This document shows positions 11,597-23,227 of a DNA stretch of 35,191 bases, in pieces. The DNA comes from Octopus bimaculoides. Taxonomy: Eukaryota. Each line of letters begins with the position of its first letter. The first letter of the stretch is position 1. The DNA is taken from NCBI RefSeq assembly GCF_001194135.2, contig NC_069003.1, positions 2,194,866-2,230,056 on the forward strand. Reading direction: 5' to 3'. A program made the translations under genes and the position numbers. The notes under the pieces were generated by a model. That model had not been told where the DNA came from, did no database searches, and saw only the letters and a program-made list of their open reading frames with translations.

Positions 11597-11985
11597 GGAT
11601 CTTTTTGCTTACGTGTGATCATAGCTGTGAACATTCTGGGCCTGGTTCAAACCCAGGTGGCATCCGTTTTCATCTGTGAATTCTCTGTGACGGTAGGTAA
11701 TCGAGAGCAAGACAAGCTGCTACGGGTCACACTATCCCAAAATTTGTCTCTTGGTGAATGGGGACCATATGTGAACATGTACGCCCACTGAAACCCGGTA
11801 CATGAACTGTATAGTTCAACAACGAATGACGATTACGGACATAATGTCCACACTGTCCGATGCGATTACCCTCACTGCGGACTGACCGTCGGATGTGGTC
11901 AGCATTCGTGAGGGACGCAGTGAACTCATTGGTCAAAGCGGGCTGGACCCATGCCGAGTAACTGGAACCCTCGTCGTCGTAAGGT
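11597..11985 (+). mobile_element. SINE-like chimera: tRNA-like head plus RTE-clade LINE-derived 3' tail
   Basis: Perfect T-arm CCTGG-TTCAAAC-CCAGG (11641-11657) with a degenerate A-box near 11604. Frame 11845-11961 reads ...TDRRMWSAFVRDAVNSLVKAGWTHAE*, resembling RTE ORF C-termini (..DRRAWSA.VRDVVNS..AG.T). Ends GGAACCCTCGTCGTCGTAA. Confidence 0.55.
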
Positions 11986-12689
11986 AATCCGAGACAGACG
12001 ACCGCAGTTCGAAAACTGATCTCTTCGGCATAAACAAGTTTAGAACCCCGATGGCTGAAATCTGACGCATCAGGGTTGGATTCGGACAAAATAATGTGAT
12101 ATGAAATTGAAGAAAAAGCTATAATTTTGAGGGTGATTGAGGAATTTTCTATTAAATCTCACTGAGTATTTGAATGTTATTTTATCCATTCCGACATAAT
12201 GAAAGGCAAAATAGTTCCAAAATAGATTTTAGAGTCAGAACGGAAAGAATTATAATTAAACAACGCTAGTTATTTTATAAGACGCATTAATGATTCTGCT
12301 ACTCAGTCGCCCTCCTGGGGCTGACTATTTTAACAACAATCTATTGTCCAATGAATTAATTACGAAAAATACATAAAATATCATTTAAGAAATTTTAGGT
12401 AATGAATCCATAAACTCAGGAATTTTCAGCGTTTCCTAGTAACCATGAAATTTCCGAAGACAATTTCGAGGACGTTAAAAATTCTAATATATATATATAT
12501 AAATAACGTTCAATTAACAAATTTCCTTTTGAAATGTTTGCCGAGGAATGAAAATACGTTTTAATTATCTAATGAAATATAGAGTGATACTCCAATAAAA
12601 CTATGATATATAAAAGGAATCGATATGTCCATTGGTGGATGTTTAGGGGAATGTATGACAGGACGAATGTGTTTAATATTGTTTTGTGC

Positions 12690-12768
12690 GTTTCAGGTGA
12701 TACATAAATATATGTGTATACGAACATATCGATATACGGATGTTAACATATGCGTACATATATAAACA

Positions 12769-12799
<31 letters not shown>

Positions 12800-13058
12800 G
12801 TATACACACACACACACACACGCACACACACGTATACATACATATATATATAATATATATGCATATATATATATATAAATCTATGTATGTCTCGGTGGGC
12901 CTGTACATGTTCTTTCCATGGTGTATGTGCTTATGTACATTATATGTGTATGTGTGTGAGTATCTACACTTATATACATATAATTATATTAACAAACACT
13001 GAGAGATATGCAGATGAATGCATATGCATTTATGCACATATATAACATCTATTCATGC

Positions 13059-13092
<34 letters not shown>

Positions 13093-13121
13093 ATACACAC
13101 CGATACACATATATACATATA

Positions 13122-13153
<32 letters not shown>

Positions 13154-13157
13154 AATA

Positions 13158-13235
<78 letters not shown>

Positions 13236-13330
13236 GCTATACATATATATACTCATGTATTTAAACATGCACACATATATACACCATGAGGAACACGGAC
13301 ATATTTATGTTCATAGATTTATATACACAT
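12690..13330. repeat. Compound (CA)n/(TA)n block
   Basis: Read directly. Confidence 0.95.
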
Positions 13331-13564
13331 ACATACGCGTTTTCACGTAAGAGCGTTGTGGGTATTTAAACAACATCCGCAAAAGAAATGATACAGCTCA
13401 TAAGAGGAATGCTATTCTCAACCATTTGGAAAGAATAAATGCGATGTCAGTGGCTCCACGTATTTGATTTTGTGACATTAAAATCTCAGAAATGATAGTT
13501 TAGCTCATAAAAGATCTATAACTGTGCGAGTGTGTGTGTGTGTGTGTTTCCTTTCTCGTCTTTC

Positions 13565-13830
13565 TGCGACATGAAGTATGACCACCTCCTCACAGCGTCC
13601 TTCCATACCACCGTCATCCCATGCTATTACTCTTTCTCACTTGTACATCTACACACGCATAGACTCAAGAACCTACGCGCACATATGCTCCCATATTGCA
13701 CATACCATCCTGCACGCCTTCCTCTATACATGGATAATCACATACACACAAGAACACAAAACCACGCCTCTTCTTTTCTTAACAGTTCCTCATGGAACCG
13801 CATTCCTGCGCAGCCACTAAACATGATCCT
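13565..13830 (+). mobile_element. Possible highly decayed CR1/L2-type LINE C-terminal fragment
   Basis: RTQNHASSFLNSSSWNRIPA loosely resembles the post-RT motif 'RT...SF.PRT..LWN.LP'. Weak match, judged by eye. Confidence 0.3.
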
Positions 13831-13859
13831 CATTTCACTTCCCACACACATTTTCTGTT

Positions 13860-14105
13860 TTTTTTTTGTTTTTTTGTTTTTACTCATTCTTTACATCTGC
13901 TGCAGAACCTGTATCCGAAACGTGAGAACTTATTCATTGCAAGCCTATTACTTAATCTATCGGTCTTTTTGCCGAACCACTAATTTAATGAGGACGTCAA
14001 CACATCCACATCGGTTATCAAGCAATGGTGGGGACAAACACAGAAACATAAACACATACACCTGCATATCTACATGTATATGACGGAAACTGAAAGAAGC
14101 CCGTC

Positions 14106-14153
<48 letters not shown>

Positions 14154-14317
14154 GACGAGCATCTTTCGGTTTCCGTCTACAAAATTCACTCAGAAAGCTT
14201 TGGTGAGCTCGAGGCTATAGTAGAAAACACTTGACCAAGATGCCACGCAATGAGACTGAACCTGGAACCATGTGGTTGGTAAGCAAGTTACTTACTGCAG
14301 AGCTACCCTTGCGGCTA
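13860..14317 (-). mobile_element. tRNA-derived SINE, family B, near full length, with internal inverted segment
   Basis: Reverse complement aligns to 23228-23594: head (gtaagtaacttgcttaccaaccac...ctatagcctc), central TA/TG microsatellite, 3' half (ggttcggcaaaaagaccgatagattaagta). Confidence 0.88.
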
Positions 14318-14744
14318 TGTGTGTTAATGATATATTATTGGTCAATCATAACTGGTTCAGAACAGCAACGGAATATGTTGATACTGTTGTGTTGCTAGAA
14401 CATAGATTTACGATCGAAGCCGTATCAGGATTTTGAATGCAGATAGACGCAGGTATATTCAGCAAATGGAGTCTAACCTCGAGTTTGTGCATGTATGTGT
14501 AAGTACGCGTGTATATGTGTGTATAAGTGGTTGCATCTGTATGCGTATGTGTGTGTTTGTGTGCCTAGTGCAGTGGAATGTTTCTCGGAGTTTCGCTAAA
14601 TTGTATGATTATGTGCTCTCTGTCCCTCTCGATCTCTTTCTGGATATACACACATGTGCATAATCCCACAACCAAAAAATAACAAATGCCTATACATACA
14701 TACATACACACACACCATATGTGTGTGTATATATATGTGCGTGT

Positions 14745-14807
14745 GTGTCTGTGAGAGTATACGTGTCTGTGAGAGTATACGTGTCTGTGAGAGTATACGT
14801 GTCTGTG
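14745..14807. repeat. 18-bp minisatellite (GTGTCTGTGAGAGTATAC) x3.5
   Basis: Three exact units at 14745, 14763 and 14781 plus a partial unit. Confidence 0.95.
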
Positions 14808-15089
14808 CATGTCCCTCCTACACCTCTAACCTCGTTAATGGACTTAATTTAATTGCCACATTTTCATACCGCAACCACCTCACAACACCCCACACACCTC
14901 ACAACACTCTACCCCCCTCACTGCTCTCCACACCCCATCTTTTCACCATTGATGAACCCTTGATATTACCTTTTCCCATTCACTTTTTTTTTTCCTCTAT
15001 CATTTCCCCTATCCATGACCCCAACCGTCAACAATTATTTAGATAATTGCTATCAAACTCGCCTCATTACTAACATTTTACGCTAATTT

Positions 15090-15158
15090 CTCATTCTTTC
15101 TCTCTTTCTATCTCTCTCTCCTTCATCCACTTTCTCTCTCTCTCTCTCTCTTTCTCTT

Positions 15159-15210
<52 letters not shown>

Positions 15211-15215
15211 CCTTC
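15090..15215. repeat. (CT)n-rich tract
   Basis: Read directly. Confidence 0.9.
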
Positions 15216-15340
15216 CATACGATGCTTCTTCTTCTTTTACACACACGTGTGAACAGCTTTACACACTGTATTTACTATTTCCATTTTTTTCTTATTTACC
15301 CTCTGGATGTGTGTATGTTCATATATATATATATATATAT

Positions 15341-15987
15341 NNNNNNNNNNNNNNNNNNNNNNNNNNNNNNNNNNNNNNNNNNNNNNNNNNNNNNNNNNNN
15401 NNNNNNNNNNNNNNNNNNNNNNNNNNNNNNNNNNNNNNNNNNNNNNNNNNNNNNNNNNNNNNNNNNNNNNNNNNNNNNNNNNNNNNNNNNNNNNNNNNNN
15501 NNNNNNNNNNNNNNNNNNNNNNNNNNNNNNNNNNNNNNNNNNNNNNNNNNNNNNNNNNNNNNNNNNNNNNNNNNNNNNNNNNNNNNNNNNNNNNNNNNNN
15601 NNNNNNNNNNNNNNNNNNNNNNNNNNNNNNNNNNNNNNNNNNNNNNNNNNNNNNNNNNNNNNNNNNNNNNNNNNNNNNNNNNNNNNNNNNNNNNNNNNNN
15701 NNNNNNNNNNNNNNNNNNNNNNNNNNNNNNNNNNNNNNNNNNNNNNNNNNNNNNNNNNNNNNNNNNNNNNNNNNNNNNNNNNNNNNNNNNNNNNNNNNNN
15801 NNNNNNNNNNNNNNNNNNNNNNNNNNNNNNNNNNNNNNNNNNNNNNNNNNNNNNNNNNNNNNNNNNNNNNNNNNNNNNNNNNNNNNNNNNNNNNNNNNNN
15901 NNNNNNNNNNNNNNNNNNNNNNNNNNNNNNNNNNNNNNNNNNNNNNNNNNNNNNNNNNNNNNNNNNNNNNNNNNNNNNNNNNNNNNN
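15341..15987. other. Assembly gap (647 N)
   Basis: N run flanked by (TA)n on both sides. Confidence 0.99.
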
Positions 15988-16019
<32 letters not shown>

Positions 16020-16297
16020 TATGCATAACTACATACACATGTGCATGCATGTATAACTTATATATATATATATATATATATATATAGGCAAATATATTTA
16101 GACATATGTGTATGTACATACACGTATGTATATGTTTGTATACATATATATATGCAAATATATTTAGACATATGTATATGTAGATATATACATAGATGTA
16201 TATATACGTATCTTTATGTTTGTACATATGTATACACACACTCACATAAAGATATAGATGTATTGAAATATACATATATGTATAGGGACATATACAT

Positions 16298-16353
<56 letters not shown>

Positions 16354-16784
16354 ATGCATACAATATATACATGCGCATATTCCTCTATGTGTTCAGATGA
16401 TATCAAGTAACTAAAACTGAAAGTATTTTTCATACTTTGCAGAAAATGGCCACTTGTCATAAGTATGGTTATCAACTCCAGCTATGAATCTTGCCAATTT
16501 GTTTTCTTTAAGCCATTTCTACTTGTCTCTCATTTACAGAACACATACACCTTCTCTCGCAGTAATACTTGACTCCTTCTTTTCTCCGCTCTGCCTCTCT
16601 TCTGTTTTTATCTCTTTTATTCTTTGTAGAACTCATTCCGTCTGCCTATATATCATTCGGCATCCTTCTTTTGTATATCTCGATACGTCCGAACCGAATA
16701 TATCATATATGGCTGACAAAAGAAGCGGACCTTTGTATTTATTATTCTTATTCAAAATCATTATTATTATTATTATTATTATTA

Positions 16785-16980
16785 AGAGGGCGAAGTGGCG
16801 GAATCGTTAGCGCGCCGTCTCAAAGAGCTTGACGGCATTTCGTCCGAGGTCGACTTTTCTTTTCAACCACTCAGGCTCGATACATTAAGTACCAGTGAAC
16901 CACTGGGATCGATGTAATCGACTTGTGCCCGGCACCACCAAATTTCAAGCCTTGTGCCTTTAGTAGAAAGGATTCTTATT
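16785..16980 (+). mobile_element. tRNA-derived SINE, family A, with internal deletion
   Basis: gtggcggaatcgttagc...gaggtcgac...taagtaccagt...atcgatgtaatcgact...atttcaagccttgtgcc...gaaaggatt; homologous to 3428-3635. Flanked by (ATT)n and (GTT)n. Confidence 0.85.
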
Positions 16981-17044
16981 GTTGTTGTTGTTGTTCTTGA
17001 TTGTTTCTGTTGTTGCTAATATTGTTGCCGTTGTTGGTACTTAC

Positions 17045-17148
17045 GGACTCCGTAGTGTTGAAATCGACGTGAAATACAATAATTCTGCGGCATATTTTGT
17101 GCAGCATTTTTGGTAAATTTATTTTCAAGACAGCGTGAATGTAAACAA
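17045..17148 (-). other. Candidate 104-nt exon (unassigned)
   Basis: Minus strand: tttttttcatttgtttcag|TTGTTT...GAGTCC|gtaagt, two frames open. No recognised homology. Confidence 0.25.
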
Positions 17149-17651
17149 CTGAAACAAATGAAAAAAAATTAGTTTAGGTGGCGTTGGTTCAAGCCTCCAC
17201 ATCAAATAACTGTGAAGATATCTCACCACGAATCTAAAATTTGATTATATGCCCTCTCGGTGTAAGAAACTATTTACTTGCGAAAATTCATATCGATGAC
17301 TTGTCTTCATATACCTTCAGGTCTTTTTGCCAAAGTTAGAGTTTATAGGTTAAATTTCACTCTGTCGCAGTTTCAAGGGAGGAAAAAAAAATCGGAAAAA
17401 TTTCGTTGTGAAAACAGCAGGAGATTGGGGATACGTGCTTTTGTAGGTCATTCTATTTTTGAGGTGCTGTTGGTTGCCATCAGTTTCTAGAGGCATGAAG
17501 GAAAGAAATAGAATATAGAATGAGAGAGTTGTTTTTTTTTTTTTTGTTAAATTGAATTATTATATTTATGTCATGATGTATGTATATAAGAATATATATC
17601 TATCAGTTGAGCTATCTGTGTGTATATGTATAGACATATAGCTACACACAG

Positions 17652-17683
<32 letters not shown>

Positions 17684-17694
17684 GTATATATATA

Positions 17695-17836
17695 CAGTTG
17701 AAATTTAGAGAAATACAAAAGACGAAAGCAGGTGTATGAACAACAAGCGAGTGTTGTAGTTTGACGCTCGGGAAAAATGAAAATATCTTTTACGTTTCGA
17801 GCCTACGGTCCTCAGCAGAAAGGAATAGCGTTAACA

Positions 17837-17841
<5 letters not shown>
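17695..17841 (-). mobile_element. Short hammerhead-containing repeat (Penelope pLTR-like), copy 1
   Basis: Reverse complement aligns to 23738-23857 (ccttgt..tattc; ctcgaaacgt; aaaga; ttcccgagcgtca; ttgttgtt..cacctg..tcgtct). Flanked by TA/CA and GA microsatellites. Confidence 0.75.
17786..17823 (-). ncRNA. Minimal type I hammerhead ribozyme-like motif (variant core CUGCUGA)
   Basis: Minus strand: CCUUU-CUGCUGA-G-GACC-GUAG-GCUC-GAAAC-GUA-AAAGA. Helix I pairs 4/5, helix II pairs 3/4, palindromic ACGU helix III, GUA triplet. Confidence 0.6.
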
Positions 17842-17877
<36 letters not shown>

Positions 17878-18983
17878 TGTAGGCGTGTGTATTTTGTACA
17901 CGTTTAAGTGCGTGTGCCAACATATGTTGTCTATGAATGCTTGCAACGGAATGAATTTGTACCTGCCCTTCATGTCTTGCAAGTGATATAAGTACATTAA
18001 CCAGTTTCATGAAATATTTTGTCTCTTCTTCATATGTGAGTGGTAGTAAGTTATGTATGGGTATGTACATACATATATGTGTGGGTGTATGTATATATGT
18101 GTTGACGTCTTCATTTGTCGTTATAATGTATTTAGTTGTTTGCATTGGTTGTTAAATGGTCTTTTATGTTCCCGAATTTGTTCTGGTTATTTTGACAACG
18201 AATTTACCGAAAATAACTCACTACTTCAGGAATAAGCTACAGAGACATTCTAATATCAGTGGAATCTCTCTAAAATTGAAATCTTATAATTGTTGGAGAT
18301 GTCCCATGCAAACTTCACTTCATCCAGGTCGAGATCCTGATTTAAATTTATGTCATATATCTTCAAACACGTTGAGAAAGTTTCCACAGTTCGAGTGAGC
18401 ACAGTTTCTAACTATTGGTTGTCCGTTTTACGTGAGTAGTCTCATGCTGGGAAATAATATTGGAGAGTTTAATTGCGTTTTGCTTCTGATTCCTCTTTAT
18501 ATTTCGTGTATATTTTTCCCTTGTCTCGCCATGCTTCAAAAATCGGAATGGTTTTATGGATAATGATATATGTTTCTCTATTTCTTGTGTCGTATGTTGC
18601 AATATAAAGCGGTGTATTAGGTTGAAGCAAAGTATCTCCTCTCTTGCGTAATTCATGAATGCCTACTGCTTTCGCGCCATTTACTCTGCTTACGATCAAT
18701 TTTTTCTATACCGTCTTTCAAGTAATATCTGTTTTAATCCTTGGAATTTATATTCTGACATGTATATATATAGGTGTGTGCTGTACGTTTATATGTGTAT
18801 GTGAGTGATCAGGTGAATGTGTAGGTACAATGATTCTACATTTGTTTTGATACATTTCTCACTACTTATACCCACACATTAATTCACACACATATAGGCA
18901 TATATAAATATATACATACATGCATACCTGCATATTCGTATATATGTATACACAATGCAATTTGTAAAGTATTTACATGTCAT

Positions 18984-19040
<57 letters not shown>

Positions 19041-20230
19041 TTGCACATTATTGTTATAATCAAAATTGCGTGGAAAGGATGGGCTAAACCGCCATCTCTT
19101 TGAGTAAGGGGCAGCGTTAATGGAGCGAAGTGCGGTAACGGATTACTAGGGATCCAAGGCTGTATCCGAGACGGTAGTCATGAAGCCATTGCAGATTTCC
19201 GATATAGCAGATATATAATTGCTCAAGAGGACAACAAACGTTAAGGGAAGGTAAACATCTCAAGTCATTTACATTAATCATTATTGGAAAAAAAATTCAA
19301 AGTCTTAAAGTTGTTTCTGGGAGGTCCAATAGTATGGGTTAATTCCGTTATCGCAAACAAATAGAGAAAATGAGAAGGGTATAGATTAATGAAATGACGA
19401 CATAGTGGATAGGGGTAAATGAATGAGGCGATGAAGAAAGAGAAGAAAAATGAAGTATGATAGCTCACAGTTCAAATTTCCAATCTTGTAGAAATAAGTC
19501 CATAAATACTAAGATGCAATCCTGCGAGAGAGATATGGACGGAAGGAAATCAGGACAGAAATTGAATATTTTTAAGTACACGTTAGAAATTATTATTAAA
19601 ACAAGTATATTGATTGTTGAATTCCTATGACGTTCGAATCACTAACAACATATCGTTCTTACTTTTGCTGTTTCCTTCCTTCTCCTCGTCTCCTTCTTCT
19701 CTATTATAATTTCTCTAACCACACCTTCATCGCTTACTCCTTTCTTCCACTATCACTCATTCTCATCCTCCTCTCATCATCATCGTCGTTGTCAGAGTTG
19801 TCGTTCTTGTCATCATCGTCATCACTTTTCGTAACGCAATTCATTTCCTTGTACACATTCACCTTTTACGCGTTTTCCTCCTTCTTCACGTTTCATTCCT
19901 TTCAACGGTCCTTCCTCTCAACGCATCGTCGTTTCTTCATCAAATTCTTCACCTCTTCGTCTTCCACCTTTAGTCGTTTCATCTCTTTAGCACATATCGC
20001 TACTAAATTCATTTACCAACATTCGCCTTTCAATATGCCAACGAATCTGTGTGCGTGTGTCAGAGATTCTGTGTATGTATTCGTATAAATATGTACGCTT
20101 ATTTGTGCCAGTTTGTATTATGTGAATATGATTATGTGTGTATATCCACGAATGTATATGCGGCGGGTGCATCCGACTGTTGGGCGTATATGTCTATTTC
20201 GATATTGGTGCATTGCAGTATGTGTATGTA

Positions 20231-20319
<89 letters not shown>

Positions 20320-20493
20320 NNNNNNNNNNNNNNNNNNNNNNNNNNNNNNNNNNNNNNNNNNNNNNNNNNNNNNNNNNNNNNNNNNNNNNNNNNNNNNNNN
20401 NNNNNNNNNNNNNNNNNNNNNNNNNNNNNNNNNNNNNNNNNNNNNNNNNNNNNNNNNNNNNNNNNNNNNNNNNNNNNNNNNNNNNNNNNNNNN
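20320..20493. other. Assembly gap (174 N)
   Basis: N run after a long (TA)n. Confidence 0.99.
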
Positions 20494-20562
<69 letters not shown>

Positions 20563-21016
20563 ATATACATACATATATGATACACATATTGAAATTCATA
20601 GATATATATTTATATATGTGTATATACATTTCTACACACACACACACACACATATATATAGAGAGAGATGGATGGAAGGATGGATAGATAGACTGACACC
20701 GGTACATATATACATGCATACATACACATATAGATGCATGCATGTATAGATACATGTGTTTATATAGCAAATCACACGTATAAAGCCGTGCGTAGTTGAA
20801 ATATAAATGTAGAGAATGTTTGTACGTGTATGCTTGTGCATGTGTGAGGGTGAGTGTGTCCATATGCATGCACGAACGTACAGCTACATGTGTATAAGCA
20901 CAGACACATGGATAGATAAAGAGATTACTATAATGCATAAATAAATAAATAAACAAAGATATTTGTAAGTAGGTAAAAGAAAACAAAACACAAAAAAAGC
21001 ATCCTTTACGCCTTAC

Positions 21017-21043
21017 CATCGTATTCTCAGACTTCAATATAAA
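21017..21043 (-). other. Candidate 27-nt micro-exon (unassigned)
   Basis: Minus strand: tttccttctttctaacatctag|TTTATATTGAAGTCTGAGAATACGATG|gtaagg. Only frame 0 is open (FILKSENTM). Confidence 0.2.
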
Positions 21044-21129
21044 CTAGATGTTAGAAAGAAGGAAATTAGTTGCAGGCGCCATTTTCTAGTGAATGAAAGA
21101 ATCCCTACATTTAGTTCGAACTTCCTTTT

Positions 21130-22041
21130 TCTCACCCCGTTGCCCTCCCTCACCTTCTTTATTTCTCTCTCCCTCTCACTCACTCTCTCTCTCTCTCTCA
21201 TTTTCTTCCTTCTCTTTCTCTCTTTATTCTCTAAATTTTCTCTCAAATTGTCAGTTTGAATACTTTTTCTCTCCCCCTGTCTCTCTCTATCTATCTCTCT
21301 CTCTTTCTCTCTCTCTCTTCCGTCTCTTTATTTGTGAATTCTCTCTTCCTCTTTTCACTCACTTTGAATACTTGTTTCTCTATTTCTCTATCTTTCTGTC
21401 GCTCCTCTCTTTCCCCCCCCCCTCTCTCTCTCTCCCTCTCTGTATTTCTCTCTGTTCCCTCCACTTCCTTTATCTTTTCGCGATTTCTTCTTTACCTTTT
21501 CACCCGTTCACTCTTATTTAATATTCATTTCTCTCCTCTCTCACACTTTACGAATACTTATTTCTCCGTTTACTCACTCCTCCCTCTCCTTCTCTCTCCC
21601 TCTCTCTCCTCCTCCTCATTTTCCACAGACTATTTCTCTTTTATTCTATAAACATTCTCTCTTGCTCTCTTGCTTATCTTCTTTGTGCTTCTCTTTTCTG
21701 AATACATCCTATCTATTCTCTCCATTGTACTAAACACATTCACTTTCTTTCTTTCTTTCTCTTTCTTTCTGCCTTTGTCTCTCCCTCTCACTCCCCCTCT
21801 CACACTTTCACTCTGTAACACCTCCTATTTCTTCTGTTTCTAGAATCTGTCTCTCCTTATATACGTGTCTCTCTTCACCTCTTTTCTCTTTCTTCTCTCC
21901 ACCCTACCCCTCACATTACTAACTGTTACTTTTCAACATATTTCCTCTCTTTTCTCGATACTGTTTCTCTTTTTCTCCCCATTCTCTCCGTATACCACTC
22001 TTTAATGTGCTATACAATATATTCTTCTCTCTCTTCCTGTA

Positions 22042-22073
<32 letters not shown>

Positions 22074-22230
22074 TTATCTATTTCTCTCTATCCATCTATC
22101 TATCAGTCTTTCTATTCTCTATCACTTTTTTTTAATAACTCCCATCTCTTTTTAATTTTCTACATTCACCCTCTCCATTTATCTCTCGCTCCCAAACTTT
22201 TTTCTCTCGCCATTTCTTCTCCATTGCTCT
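21130..22230. repeat. ~1.1-kb degenerate (CT)-rich polypyrimidine tract
   Basis: Read directly; plus strand is overwhelmingly C/T. Confidence 0.9.
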
Positions 22231-22519
22231 CTGCCAAAGGATATTATGATTTTCAAAGATACAACATCTCAACATGATTGCTTGCGGAGGATAACAGATT
22301 TGAAATAAATTAACTTCCTGTTGTGGTTCCTTTGCTCTCACAAAATAGGATTCTTCTGTGAACCACCGTGAAATTCTAGCGAGCCCGCCATTTTGAGTGG
22401 ATTTCTTGTTATTAGATTCTTAAGAAATGAAAGGAGAATAAAAACAATTTGAAATAAAAAAAAAACGAACGTGTGAGAAAGAAAGGCATAAGGGTTGGTC
22501 TAATTTAGGCTTTTTGCAC

Positions 22520-22890
<371 letters not shown>

Positions 22891-23227
22891 GCATACAGTA
22901 CATTACGTATGTTCAATGTAATCGTTCAAATATGCATTCGCGTATGTGTGTGTATATATGCAAGCCTGTGTCCATTCATGCTTCATTTTGTTCTACGATG
23001 CATGTATTTACAAGATATTACTTTACGCATCTTCTTCTTGGGGATGTGGTATATTTTGTTGCTTTTAATAGATCGAGGTGTATGATGAAGGGAAATCAGA
23101 ATTTAAGCTTCCGTAACATTTAAAGTCACATGTACTATATATTTACTTATAAGCTTGCTTATGGAAACGTAAACATCTGCAAATGTATTACGTGTGTATC
23201 TGTCTTTCTGCCTAAACGCTTACAGTC

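Noticed and set aside
11582-11983. Plus frame interrupted only by three TGA codons between an AG and a GT (multi-selenocysteine idea)
   Set aside because: No selenoprotein motif and no SECIS found. TGA-only stops are unremarkable in GC-richer DNA, and the region is better explained as a retroposon.
11727-12089. 120-aa minus-strand ORF (MSESNPDASDF...)
   Set aside because: No recognisable family, and it is the antisense of the GC-richer SINE/RTE-tail segment, where long open frames arise easily.
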